Shown here piece by piece: positions 24,801 to 38,922 of a stretch of 64,000 nucleotides of DNA (the stretch's first letter is position 1; each line of letters starts with the position of its first letter). The stretch comes from Felis catus (lineage: Eukaryota). Location: positions 70,744,001-70,808,000 of the forward strand of contig NC_058368.1 of NCBI RefSeq assembly GCF_018350175.1. The letters are read 5' to 3'. Both the position numbers and the translations under genes were made by a program. The notes beneath the pieces were generated by a model that saw nothing but the letters and a program-made list of their open reading frames with translations, did no database searches and had not been told where the DNA came from.

Positions 24801-27800
24801 ACTGGCCTAGAACCTAAGGGTTTGTTTTATTTTGAAGTAGAAAAAAAAAGATTGGAAAAGAAGTGGTCTGGATGACCTTCCTCTGATGTTAGATTTATGC
24901 TGAAGCAAACATCTTGAGAGCAGGGCTTATCCAGCAAAGTTTGTGATGTGCATCTCTGGTCTGCATCACCTAGGAAATACCACATCATTTGCTAGTGTGA
25001 TTTTCTAGGAGTGGTACCCAGTGCTGTCTGAAAATTTGTTTAATGCCAGACAAATATGGTCATTTGGTTTGCTTTGAAGAAAAGTCTGTATGGCATACCA
25101 CTTTTGTTTTCTTCCACAGCCTTTGGTGGTGAGAAGTGGAAAACAAATGTTTTACTGACATCATTTCTTTGTCCTGGGTAAGTGAACTTTTCAATAGTAA
25201 TTGTCTTACATAGTCATATTTTAGTTCCCAAATTTTCAACCTCTTAGGTCTTTAATCTTCTCTGTCTCTAAACTGTGTACACTAGAAAATGAATTTAATA
25301 TTTTAAAAAGGGATAAAAAAAATGAATATTTAAAAAACGTTTGTGGAATGACTTCCACCTGCTATGTCTGGAAAAAGTATCTTTGGGTATAAGAAATTTG
25401 TAGATTCCTTTTCTTAAAAGTCTATTTCTTAGTCTGTGTGAGTTGGTCTGGCATGTTGTTATATAAGGCTACATTGAAAGCTTTTGACCTAATCACAAGA
25501 AGGTGTTTTCGCTTGCAGATTATTCAGGCAAGCAAACATTTTCAGATTTCTATCAAAAGTATTGCCACTCTTAAGTAATCTAAGTTTCCACTGATAGATG
25601 AATGGGGTAAAGAAGATGTGGTAACACACACACATATACACACAATGGAATATTACTCAGCTATAAAAAAAAAAAAAAGAATGAGTTCTTGCCATTTGTG
25701 ACATCATGGTCGACCTAGTGCTAAGTGAAATCAGTCTGAGAAAGACAAGTACCATGTGATTTCACTCATTTGTGGAATCTAACAACAAATGAACAAACAA
25801 AACAGAAGTAGACTCATAAATATAAAGAAAAAATTGGTGGATGCCAGAGGGGATAGTTGGGGAAAGGGATGGGCAGAATAGGCCAAGAGGATTAAGAGTT
25901 ACAAACTTCAGTTTAAAATAAATAAGTGATAGAGGTGAAAAATAGAGCATAAGGAATATATTGTACTAACAGTATATGGTAACAAAAGGTGACTTTACTT
26001 ATCATGGTGAGCACTGAGTAATGTACAGACATTGTCAAATCACTACATTGTACACCTGAAACTAATATAACATTGTCCACTGTAATTGAAAGATAAAAAA
26101 ATTTTTTTAAAGTAGTGCCACTTTATTTAGAGTTAATTCCATTAAATAGAGTAATATATAGCAAAAATTTTTTAAAATGACAATCACGTTTAAAAAAATA
26201 ATAATTGTGACTCTTTGGAAGATAGCTTTTGATATCAAGTATCTGATCGGTGTCTGGTCCTAGAAATAGAACCCACTTTTTTCCCAACTCCCAGATTTCT
26301 GGTGGACAAGAACCAGCCTCTGAGCAGTTAGCAGCAATAGTGAAATCCAAAGGTTAAATCTAAAAGCCAGGCCATTGCATTTGCAGGCCAGAAACTAAAG
26401 AGTAACAATAGTTGCATTGTTTATACATGTTTGGGATAAATATTCCCTCAGATAATTACCTCCATTGAAGAATGACATGATTCTCAGCCATTCATGATAT
26501 ATTCAGATTTATTTATTTATTTATTTATTTATTTACTTATTTACTTATTTATTATTTGAGAGAGAGAGAGGGTGAGCAGGGGAGAGGGGCAGAGGGAGGG
26601 AGTAAGAATCTTTTTTTTTTTTTTTTTTTTAATTTTTTTTTCAACGTTTATTTATTTTTGGGACAGAGAGAGACAGAGCATGAATGAGGGAGGGGCAGAG
26701 AGAGAGGGAGACACAGAATCGGAAACAGGCTCCAGGCTCTGAGCCATCAGCCCAGAGCCTGACGCGGGGCTCGAACTCCCGGACCGTGAGATCGTGACCT
26801 GGCTGAAGTCGGACGCTTAACCGACTGCGCCACCCAGGCGCCCCAGAATCTTTTTTTTTTTAATGTTTATATTTGAGAGAGAGAGAGAACACAAGTGGGA
26901 GAGGAGCAAAGAGAGAGGGAGACGCAGAATCTGAAGCAGGCTCCAGGCTCTGAGCTGTCAGCACAGAGCCCGATGTGGGGCTGGAAGTCTGAAACTGGGA
27001 GATTATGACCTGAGCCGAAGTCAGATGCTTAACCAACTGAGCCACCCAGGCGCCCTGATGTATTCAGATTTTTATGCTTTTTCTCCAGCCAAATCCTTTG
27101 TCTTCTTTCCCATCAACTAAAGAAGTACTCCTTCTTCCCAAGACAAGTCAGCAGTCTGTGATTTCCTTCAGAAACTTGCCTTTCAGACATTCCTCCTAAT
27201 CTCTGGCATCTTCTATTTCTCAGTGTTCTGTTCGTGTTTCATCGTCTTTCCTACAAATATACTAGGTTCCCAAATCCTAAAATGAGCTTCTCTGTAAGCA
27301 TCTTCCCCTCTACTATCTTCTTTCTTTTACATTCCCAACAAACTGCCTTGAAAAAATATTCCACACTCCTTTATTCTCATTTTCTTCTCAGCATGCATTC
27401 ACAACATAAACCCACGTACTCTTTCTTCCCCTATGACTTTAGTGAAAACTTCTCTCAAATACCAATGATATTCGCATTTCTAAATCTAGAAATCATTTTC
27501 TCTGTCTTCACTCTATCTCTCTACATTGTCTAACATTGGGATACTTTCTCCTTGAAATGCCTTTCATTTTTTGGCTTCATAGAAATTATCCTAAGCCAGT
27601 TCTTTTATATCTCTGATCAGCCCTTCTTTGATTTATCTTCATGCTACCCTTAAAAGTGGGTGTTCATTTAAAAAAAAAAAACAACAAAAAAAACCTGTTG
27701 GGTTTTCACCAGAAGGATAGTGAGGTAATGAATGAGGGAAAAGCCAGGGTTGGGAGAGGAAAAGCACATAAGAGTGTACCAGGAACCCAAGCGGGCAGGG

Positions 27801-30800
27801 AGAATTGGTGTTTGCCTAGAAAAGAAGTACCATTTAATGACATGAAATTAATTCATGTAATTTTATGTAAATACCTACATATAATTATTACAGTAGACAC
27901 AACAAAATGGTATTTGATAATATTAAACATCGTTTCCAAATATAAAAATTATTCAATGGAGGGGCATGTGGGTGGCTCAGTCAGTTAAGCATCCAACTCT
28001 TGGTTTAGGCTCAAGTCATGATCTCACCTTTCATGAGATTGAGCTCCAAGTTGGGCTCTTTGCTGACAGTGCGATTGCTGCTTGGGATTCTTTCTCTCCC
28101 TCTCTTTGCTCCTCCCCCCACTGGTACACACTCATGCTCCACTCTCTTAAAATAAATAAATTAAAAAAAAAAAAGGATTGAATGGAGAGAAATGCTTCTT
28201 TATATTAATAAAAATCTCATATTTATTCGTGATATAATTTGTATACAGAGAACAAGTTTCAGCTATAAAACAACAACAGAAAGGAGTATTAGCAACAGAA
28301 AACCTTCACAGTACGAGATACAAATTCACCGTGTTACTTGATCAGAGTATTGACTGCATGAGGGGTTTGGCAATGTGCTGCAGCTACTAGCACAGAAAAC
28401 ATAGAAATAGACCATATATTCATGGAAGCAGCTAGATGTGGCATCACCAATCAGAGGAAGTGTTAGATGATGCTCATACTTGATTGTGTATATGAAGGAA
28501 GAAAAATTCTGTTCTTACCAGTCACACACACAATCAATTCCAAGGGGATTGTGATCTAAATGTAATGGGCTTAACAGTTGGAAGAAAATATGGAAGAGTG
28601 TCTTCATGGAAGTGCCTGGCTAGCTCAGTTGGTGGAGCATGTGACTCTTGATCTCGGGGTTGTGAGTTCAAATCCCACGTTGGGTGTGGAGATTGCATAA
28701 AAAAATAAAATCTTTAAAAAAAAAACAAAAAAGAGGAGTATGTTCATGATCCCAGGTTAGGAAGGACTTTCTTCTCTTAAATAAGTTACACAAAGGATAA
28801 AGGGAAAATTGACAACTGGTCACATTAAAAACTGTGTGGGGGGAATGTAGAAACAATTATCATGTGATTACAGCCATATGTTTTAAAATGTACTCAGAGA
28901 AAAAAGACTGAAGGGAAATTAAGTATACATATTCACTTGTTTGGGGTTCATAAAAAGCCGTTAACTCAGAGAACGGGATATTTAACAAGGAATTATTAGT
29001 AGCTAGAATATATAAATAACTCACATCTATAACTTTAGAAAAGATGTACACCCCAAATGAAAAGTGAGTAGTAGATGTAACCAGCAAGTCACAGAAATAA
29101 TAACTATAAAACCAATAGACACAAGATGCTCCACAGCAGTTGTGAACAGGACTTAAATTAAACAATAAATTTGACAATCCAAAGCACGATGAAATACATA
29201 AAGAGGTAACTTTCTTAAGCTACTGGTGGGAATTTCAGTCAGGCAAAACCAATCTGAAGAGCAATTGGGTAATTTCTAGAAAGTAATTTTAAATTCATAT
29301 ACCCCATTACTCAGCAACTTCATTTTCTTTGTATGTAACACAGAAATTGTAATATTAATTACATATGATTGGTACTATATCATTTTGCTTCTGACTCAAG
29401 TTTTACCCAAAAGCCTATTGTATCTTTCAGGATTGTATTTGCTGACTTCTTTATAATGAATCTGATTCTCTGGGGAGAAGGATCTTCAGCAGCTATTCCT
29501 TTTGGAACATTGGTTGCCATATTGGCCCTTTGGTTCTGCATATCTGTGCCTCTAACATTTATTGGTGCATACTTCGGTTTTAAGAAGAACGTAAGTTTAT
29601 GTGTTAATTTATTCAAATAAATTTCAGCTATAAAAATTAGCATATGCCACCTTAAAAGATAGAACAGTGTCTTAAAAAAAAAATGTCTAAAAGATACACA
29701 CTTACCCTATGGGATCTGGATTTCATAGAAAATTGATGACCTCTTAGTTTGATTGCAGTCATTCTTAAAAATAGTATTATTTTGGGTGTGGTAGAGAAGT
29801 CACAGATATAAACTTAGATTTCAAAGTTTTGTAAGTAAATGGAAACTGTAGATTAATAGACAACGAAATGCTAAGTTAAACTATTGAAAACTTTTTTTAG
29901 TGTTTTAAGTTAGTGCATTAAGTGTTTCTACATTACTTAAAGTAAACCAAGAATATGGGTTAGGAGGAAAGCTGTAAGAAAAGTGACTATAAAGTGACAG
30001 TGGTAATTTTTTTTAACATGTAGCTTTGCAAAAAATTTTCTATGGTTTTCCTCCTAATATTTCCTGCTAATATTCAAAGCTCAGTCCTTCCCTGCCTCCA
30101 GTCTTTCTCCACCTCTGCTGCCTCCTTTTGCCCACAGGCTAGAGGAAAATGAACATTTTTTCTTTTCTTTTTTTTTTTAAATTAGTACCCCCCCCCATCT
30201 TTTTTTTAAGGTTTGTTTATTTTGAGAGAGAGAGAGAGAGTGTGTGTGTGTGAGCGGGGGAGGGACAGAGAGAATCCCAGGCAGGTTCTGCACTATCACT
30301 GCGCTCCCAAAGGGGGACTTGAACCCACAAACAACAATGTGATCACGACCTGAGCCGAAGTCGGATGCTTAACCGACTGAGCCAGCCAGGTGCCCTGAGA
30401 ATTTATCTAGTGTCCTTCTCACTTCACTGTCCTTGCTTTTCTCTGAGAACATCCAGTCCACAAGGTTAAAAGAGATAATGTATTGCCATACACTTTGTGA
30501 AGGGGACCCAGAATGTCCTGGAAGAAACTGTCATTGCTTCATTGTCTCCACTGCACCTACCATGCCAGCCTACTGTAAGATTTTTCAATTCTTTGGCATT
30601 TTGCTTAATTTACAATTCTAAATCTGTATAGCATAAAAATACATATATCGCACAAATAGTGACCTGGCATGATTTAAAAATTTTGATTACATAAATAAGT
30701 ATTTGACATTCTAAAAATATTCCTGTTAAAAATACAAACACTAAAGAACGATCTAATGATTTTCTATCTGTATATCTATTTCACAGAAGTATATTCTCAA

Positions 30801-30894
30801 TGAGACTACCAGTTATACTTTTTTTTTTAAAGAATTTATTTATTTTGAGAAAGAGAGTGTGTATATGCAAGTAGGGAGGGACGGGGGCGGGGGG

Positions 30895-30948
<54 letters not shown>

Positions 30949-33784
30949 GAGTCCCAAGCAGACTCCACACTGTTAGTGCAGAGCCCACCATGGGGCTTGA
31001 TCCCATGAACTGCGAGATCGTGACCTGAGCCAAAATCAAGTGTCAGACTCTTAACTGACTGAGCCTCCCAGGTGCCCTACCAAGTTTTAAGTTTTGAGAT
31101 GTCATCACAAAAACTATAAAAAGTATGCTTTTGAAATTTTTTGCAAGAAAATGAATTTCTGTATCTCTACCCCTGTTTCCCCTTGGCTGTGTTTTTGGTG
31201 CTTTAGATTTCATTTATTTTTATACTACCATGTCGTATGTTACAAAAGGGAGAATATTATCAGTATCTTATGGTCATAAAGTTTCATATAGCCATTCATT
31301 GTTGCCTTTATGTTCTTAAATCTTAGTAGAATTGAACAATTTTAGTAAAGATGATATTGCCCATCTCCAAATAAAAATTCATCGACAGTAACTTCAGAAT
31401 CAGCTAATTTCTTATAATAATTATGTCATTAAAAGGGAAAACCTAACATTTCCTTTGTCTTAACTGTTATTTTTAAGTACTATATTACCTCCTTCTATGT
31501 ATTTCTTACTTTACCTAAAGCCATTAATGGATAACTGCTGGAAACAGTGATGGCTTGTTCCACTAGACAGACTGAACATTATACCTGATAGTATCTGGGG
31601 TCATTGCTTCTAAATACAAAATTCAGTTTGATGACTTAAGTAAACTTATATTGCCAATACTATCATCATGGAAGCTGAGAAAAAGCAGGCAGATAATCTA
31701 ATATAGAGAAAAATTTTTTAAATAGATAAATATTTATGAATCCTTTCTTTTTTTTTTTTACTAAAGGCCATTGAACATCCAGTTCGAACCAATCAGATTC
31801 CACGTCAGATTCCTGAGCAATCCTTCTACACAAAGCCGTTGCCTGGTATTATCATGGGAGGGATTTTGCCCTTTGGGTGCATCTTTATACAGCTTTTCTT
31901 CATTCTAAATAGTATCTGGTAAGCTAAGGGTGAAGTCGTCTTATCCCCTTTCCCATTACATGTAGTATTAGCTTTCTCTTTTTGTTTATCTGGATGGATG
32001 ACTATTTGTATCTTATACATGTAAAATCTCCAGTAATCAGAAATCTTAAGAGCCAAAGGTTATTTTATCTTTTCCATATGAGAAAAAGAGTAAGTGATAA
32101 CAGCTGTTACTAATTGAGTGCTTATTAATTCTTACTTTTACTTCTGACTTAATCCTCAGACCTCAGTGGGGTGGGTATTATCCCCATTTTACAGAGACAG
32201 AGGTGAAGCTTTGGATATTAAGTAATTTACCTGTGTCACACGGCTACTATGTGACAGAAAATTAACCTGTCTCCCCATACCTGTGTTCTTAAGTAACTGA
32301 TCTGTACTGCTTCAGAGAGAAGATACTCTGAGCCCTTGATATAGGGGATTTGATTTGATCAAGCATTGGGAGGAGGGTGAAGGTAGATGACGTTCAAAGT
32401 TCTTACTAATCCCAAGATTCCTTCATTCTCTTGATTTCTTATTTGCATGGAGAAACTCATGGTGCTAATTCTGAGCCACTTTATTAGGGTATATACACTG
32501 CAGTGTATTATCGTAATATGACCGCAGTGACATGTTACAGCAAGTACCAAGGTTTGCAGTAACATGGAGTCAGCATTGAATGTGAGCTTTTTAGTGATTG
32601 GAACAGATCTTTCCTTCCCGATTGTTACAACATTTTCAAATGTCAGCTGTTTTTATCACATATGATAAGAAACAATGTATACCAACTGCGACCCTTTTTT
32701 AGTTTGGCTCTGCATGTGTATTAATTTTTTATCAAATTTGTCTCACTAGTAAACAATTAGACTAAGCATATTTGACTAAATAAGAGTTTCAGGTTCTACT
32801 TGAGTGAGAAGGCAAAATCCAATGACATTACCAAACCTTTTCCTCTCCCTGCCCTACCCCTACACCATCCACACCTATGAGGTTGTGTTGTCTTTAGTTG
32901 GGAGAAAAAGCAAACATTTTCCAGTTCAGGGAAGGTGAAAAGACTGTGTCATTTACTGTGACAAAGAGAAAAGATTTATAGTTTAATCTTGACATGTTTG
33001 ATTATAGGTCACATCAGATGTATTACATGTTTGGCTTCCTATTTCTGGTGTTTATCATTTTGGTTATTACATGTTCAGAGGCAACTATACTTCTTTGCTA
33101 TTTCCACCTATGTGCAGAGGTATGTATTAGCAATGTTCACTTGTATTAATTTGTAGCCGGTATTTATAATTTTGGCATAAGACAACTTTGAATACCATCA
33201 ATTGAAATAATTTCTGTAAATATGTGTTTATTAAGATAGAAATTGACCTGCATTCCTCAATTAAATGTAGCTCTTTTTAGGATTGGATTATGATAGTATC
33301 TCAGTTCAGTATATTTATTTAGAGCTTAAATTTAAAATGCTAATTTTCTCGGTTTTTCTTTTAAAATTTGTTTATTTTTATCTAAAATCTTTTTTTTTTT
33401 TAATTTTTTTTTTCAACGTTTATTTATTTTTTGGGACAGAGAGAGACAGAGCATGAACGGGGGAGGGGCAGAGAGAGGGAGACACAGAATCGGAAACAGG
33501 CTCCAGGCTCTGAGCCATCAGCCCAGAGCCCGACGCGGGGCTCGAACTCACGGACCGCGAGATCGTGACCTGGCTGAAGTCGGACGCTTAACCGACTGCG
33601 CCACCCAGGCGCCCCTAAAATCTTTTTTTTAACACTGAAGTTTATTTTGAGAGAGAGGGAATCCCAAATAGGCTCCGCACTGTCACACAGAGCCCCACTC
33701 GGGCCTCTATCCCACAAACTGTGAGATCTTGACCTGAGTCAAAATCAAGAGTCAGATGCTTAACCAACTGAGCCACCCATGCAC

Positions 33785-33859
<75 letters not shown>

Positions 33860-36800
33860 TTGAGAGAGCACGTGAGCATGCGCATGCATGTGAGTGGGGG
33901 AGGGGCAGAGAAGGGGAAAGAAAATGCCAAACAGGCACCACACCCATTGTGGAGCCCGATGTGGGGCTCGATCCCCGTGAGATGGTGACCTAAGCTGAAA
34001 TCCAGAGCCGGACACTCTCGACCAGACACCCTTAATATAAAACATTTTTAAGTGGGAGTATTCATTAAAACATTAGAGTGGTTACACTGTAATGAATTAT
34101 AGTCATAGCAAAATGATGGCACTCTTATGTATATTTGATTTTTGAAGATCTGGGTTGTATTAAATCATTCTTTTGTATTTATTTTCTATATAGGAGATTA
34201 AATCTAATTTTGTTAAACTTAGATGCTTTTCTTAAAAGTTGAGGTTAAATTCACATAACTTAAAATTAAACCATTTTAAAGTGAACAATTCAGTGGCATT
34301 TACTACGTTCATTTACAGTGTTGTACAACTACCACCTCTTTCTAGTTCCAAAATATTTTCATCACCCTTAAATAAAACCTCATACCATTAAGCAATTACT
34401 TCTCATTCCCTTCTCCCTCCAAAACCCTGGCAATCATCAGTCTGCTTTCTGTCTATAGATTTACCTATTCTGGACATTTCATGTTCATGGAGTCATATGT
34501 GACCTTTTGTGTCTGGCTTCTTTCACGTAGCAGAATGTTTTCAAGATTCAGTACTTTGTTCCTTTTTATAACTGAATAATATTCCATTGTATAGCTATAC
34601 CCTAATTTGTTTATCCAGTCATTTGCTGATGGAAATTAGATTTGTTTCCACCTTTTGGCTATTGGGAATAGTGCTTCTATGAGCATTCATATACAAATAC
34701 TTGTTTTGAGTACCAGTTTTCAGTTCTTTTGGGTATATACATTAAAGTGGAATCACTGAGTCATATGGTAATTCTTTAACTTTTTGCAGAGCCACCAAAG
34801 TATTTTTCACAGTGGCTGTACCATTTGCATTCTTGCCAGAAATGCACAAGTGTTCTAATTTCTCCATATCCTTACCTACACTTGCTATTTGCCGTTTTTT
34901 TTAAATTATAGCCATCCTTGTAGGTGTGAAGTTGTATCTTATTGTGGTTTTGATCTTCACTTCCCCAGTGACTAATGATGTTGAGCATCTTTTCTTTGGT
35001 TGTTGACCATCTGTGTATCTTGTTTGGAGAAATGTCTGTTTAGATTTTTCACCCATTTATGAACTGGGTTATTTATCTTTTTGTTGAATTGTAAGAGTTC
35101 TGTATATAATTCAGAGTTCTGTATATATTCTGAATACTAAGTACTAAACTTTTATCAGATAAATGATTTGCAAATATTTTCTCTTGTTCTGTAGGTTGTC
35201 TTTTTACTTTCTTGATAATGGCCTTTACACAAAAGTTTGTAATTTTGATAGATTCTGATTTATCTATTTTTTTCTTTTGTTGCCATATCTAAGAATTCAT
35301 TGCTAAATTCAAGGTAATGAAAATTTATCTGTATGTTTTCTTCTGAGTGTATAGTTTTAGCTTACATATTTAGGTCATTGATCCATTGTGAGTTTATTTT
35401 TTGGTTATGGTAATTAGTTAGGAATCCACCTTCATTCTTTTACATGTGAATATCCAGTTCTTCCATTTGTTAAAGAGACTAAATCTTTCCTCATTGAATG
35501 GTCTTGCAACCTTGTGGAAAATCCATTGGCCATAGATGTGTGGATTTATTTCTGGATTCTCAGTCAATTCTATTCCAGTGGTATATACAGTGTCTTTATG
35601 CCAGTACCACACTGTTTTGATTACCATAGCTTTGTAATAAATTCTGGAGTTGGGAAGGGTCAGTTCTCTAACTTTGTTCTTTTGTGAAGACTGTTTTGGC
35701 TATTCAGGACCCTTTGCAATTGCCTATGAACTTGGGATCAGCTTTTCCTTTTTTGTAATAAAGGTTGTTGGAATTTTGATAGGAATTGCATTGAATCTGG
35801 AGATCACTTAGAAGAGTATTGCCATCTTATCAGTGTCAAGTCTTCCAGTCCATGGACACAGAATGTCTTTCCATTTATTTGTCTTTAATTTTTTTTTTTT
35901 TTTTGGCATGTTTTGTATTGTAGTTTTCAGTGTATAAGTCTTTCATGTTCTTGGTGAAATTTGTTCCTAGGTATCTTATTCTTTTTGGATGCTGTTGTAA
36001 ATGGACTTTTTTTTAAATTTCCTTTTCAGATTGTTCATCATTAGTGTATAAAAACACAGCTGATTTTCATTTCTTTCCTGTACCCCTGCAATTTTGCTAA
36101 ATTTGTTCATTTGCTATAGTAGCTTTTGTGTGTGAACTCCATAAGATTTTCTAATTTATGCTGGCATACTTTTTAAATATATTTAATTTTTCACATATTC
36201 TACGGGGTAGGAAAGATGAAGTATTTTCTTTTAAGAGATCTCCTGCTAAGCTATAAACTACTTCATGTAAAAGTAAGAAGAGCTCTTTTTAAAACTTACC
36301 TTGTTTAAATTATGTTACTTGCAACTGAAAATAGATTTCAACCAGGCTTTAATAGGATAATCTTCTTCCTAACATAGAGTTGACCAGAGTATAAGATAAA
36401 TAATATTAATTTTGAACTATGTAAGTAAGATCTTGTGCATTGCTTTTCTTTGGGAAGAGTACATTTTAAAGTACAGTCTAATGCTTCATTATTCATAAAC
36501 CATTTAAGATTTTTCCATGTGTTTTTAGCCCAGCTTGACGTAGTTCCACCAAAAGTAGGGAATGCTTCTTAGCATCTTCAGTGAGCAGGGAAATGGGCAA
36601 AGTTCAGTAGGAGAAAAAGACAGGAAATGGTAGCAAAGCTAGGTTTTGGGGCTCTGTCACATAGCTGCTTTTGCTTTGTAACTTTGTTCTGCTACATGTA
36701 ATTAGTAATTGGAAAGTAATTCTTGTTCTTTAACTTTTTCTTTTCTACCTAGGATTACCATTGGCAGTGGCGTTCATTCCTTACCAGTGGCTTTACTGCA

Positions 36801-38830
36801 GTTTATTTCTTAATATATGCAGTACACTACTTCTTTTCAAAACTGCAAATCACAGGAACGGCAAGTACAATTCTGTACTTTGGCTATACCATGATAATGG
36901 TTTTGATCTTCTTTCTTTTTACAGGTAAGAATTAAAATGATTAGTTTTAGTTAATAAGTTTTTAGGCAAATTATTTATAAATATTTTCCTTGGGCTTCTA
37001 CTACTCAGCACTCCTACATTTAGTCCTAAGTGCAGCTGAGCATTGTTTGGTCGGCCCCGCTGTGAGGTGGATGTCAATAAACCAAAGAGGAAACAGAACC
37101 TAAAGGAAGAAGGCTAAACAATGTCCATTGTTGTGCTATGAGTCCAGGGGTACCTGGGCCCATACCTGTCAAAAGTTTTCCCCTATTAACCTGTTAATGG
37201 TACAGTGCTTCTTAAGCTCATTTCAGAGATAGGGTGAAAGCTTTAGCTGTCTAAGTCTAGGGATAAGTAGAAATCGAAGGGGTGAAGTCAAGATGAAATT
37301 GAGAATAAATGTTACCAAGAAAAGACAATCATAGAATACCCCTTACTCTAGAAATTTAAACTACAAGTTTATATCTCCACTTTAAAATATATAAGTACCT
37401 AATGGGAAATTGTACTGTATTGGTATTTATTTTATATATGTGTGCCTTATCTCTTCACCTGGATAAAAGTTTTCTGAGTCTTAGAGCGCTTAGAGTAGCT
37501 GCTTGGTAAACATTTGTGGAATAACCAAACTAAAAAAAGAAAATTGTGGGACCTTTCTTTTTCACAAAAAATGTGCATCTATAATTTTATCTTAGATTGT
37601 GTTGCATGCTGTGTGAGGAAATATAGGATCTGAAAAGGAAAAAGGAATTAAAAATAAATTAGAACTGTTCTGCTTTTTAGTCATCTGTTAACATTTGAGA
37701 GAATTAGATGGGGTTTTGAAGTTCCCCTGTTGCTGTATCAGCTGTAAGGAGGTTCAGGCTCTTACACTGATTCTGTATTCCAGGTCATTGGTCAGATACA
37801 GATACATTGGTTGGTGTATGTGGTGGGTGCTTGTCTTAGTGCTACGTAACGCATAGCTAGGTCCACAGCCATAAATCTTAATCAGTGATCCGCAAAACAA
37901 AGTGTAGCCTCTGAAACGAGCAATTACTGTTGTGCATATGGATCTGTATGTCTGTAAAAGCATATATAGAAGAATTTACTCCTTGCCTACACACAAAAAG
38001 TAGTGATCTTAGTGAATGTCTCTTATTTTTCCAGGCATGTGATATGATAGTTTACCTATTGTGTAGTTTATCACCTCTCTTTATTGTTCTTGATTTTTAG
38101 TGACATTTTGTTTATTCAGAGTGAAACAAACTTTGTAATCTAAATTTTGGAGCCACCTCAAATTGAATCAACCAGTTAAACCAGTAACTTTGGGTGTATT
38201 TCAGTTTATGGGAAAGATTCTCTGCTGGGGAATGGTGAACGCTTTCAGTGTCTTGCATTTTTCTAAAGTGGGATACATCTGTATTTACTTCAGTACTCCA
38301 AACTGACACCATTTTATTTAAGTAAATCTGTTTTACAAAACAAAATATTCTGTTACATAAGGAAAGATGCCAGTTTTAGTATGTATATTATATTTATCCC
38401 TATTAAGGACAAAATAAAATACTAAAAGTATTTTGTTAAGAACAAAATAAACTTAACTTACCTAGGGTTGCCAGTATGATGACAAATGTATTTTCTCACC
38501 TTAGAATATTTTCTCTTTATTATCTTAAAGCTCTTGGTAAGCATAAGGTTGTTTAAATACTTTTATGTTTACCATTACTTTTCTAAAATTAACCCCAGCC
38601 TCTTTACAAACCTTAATAATTGTCTTTTGAATATCCAAAATGTAGATTTTTATGTCCTCTAAAACATACACAGTGGTACATAGTGGGTACATGTATGATG
38701 TATGAGAACAACAATGCTGCTACTTCCCATAATAAGGTCCCCTGTATAGTCTCTTGACTTAGAAAATCTCCATTAATACTTTTCACCATTGTGTTAAGTG
38801 TAATAAAAAGAAAAAAGGTTGGAACTTTAA

Positions 38831-38922
<92 letters not shown>

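Noticed and set aside
28608..28690. tRNA-Lys(CTT)-like sequence (similar copies at 10778, 10890, 47060)
   Set aside because: Stems are mutated and each continues into a SINE-specific 3' segment and A tail, so these are short tRNA-derived SINEs rather than tRNA genes.
29380..32056. Antisense ORFs overlapping exons 13 and 14 (also exon 7 at 11871-12107)
   Set aside because: They are shadows of the sense coding exons, with no independent gene evidence.
33760..34045. KKERKKER and HTHT/YIYI low-complexity ORFs (also 38613-39076)
   Set aside because: They are translations of microsatellites.
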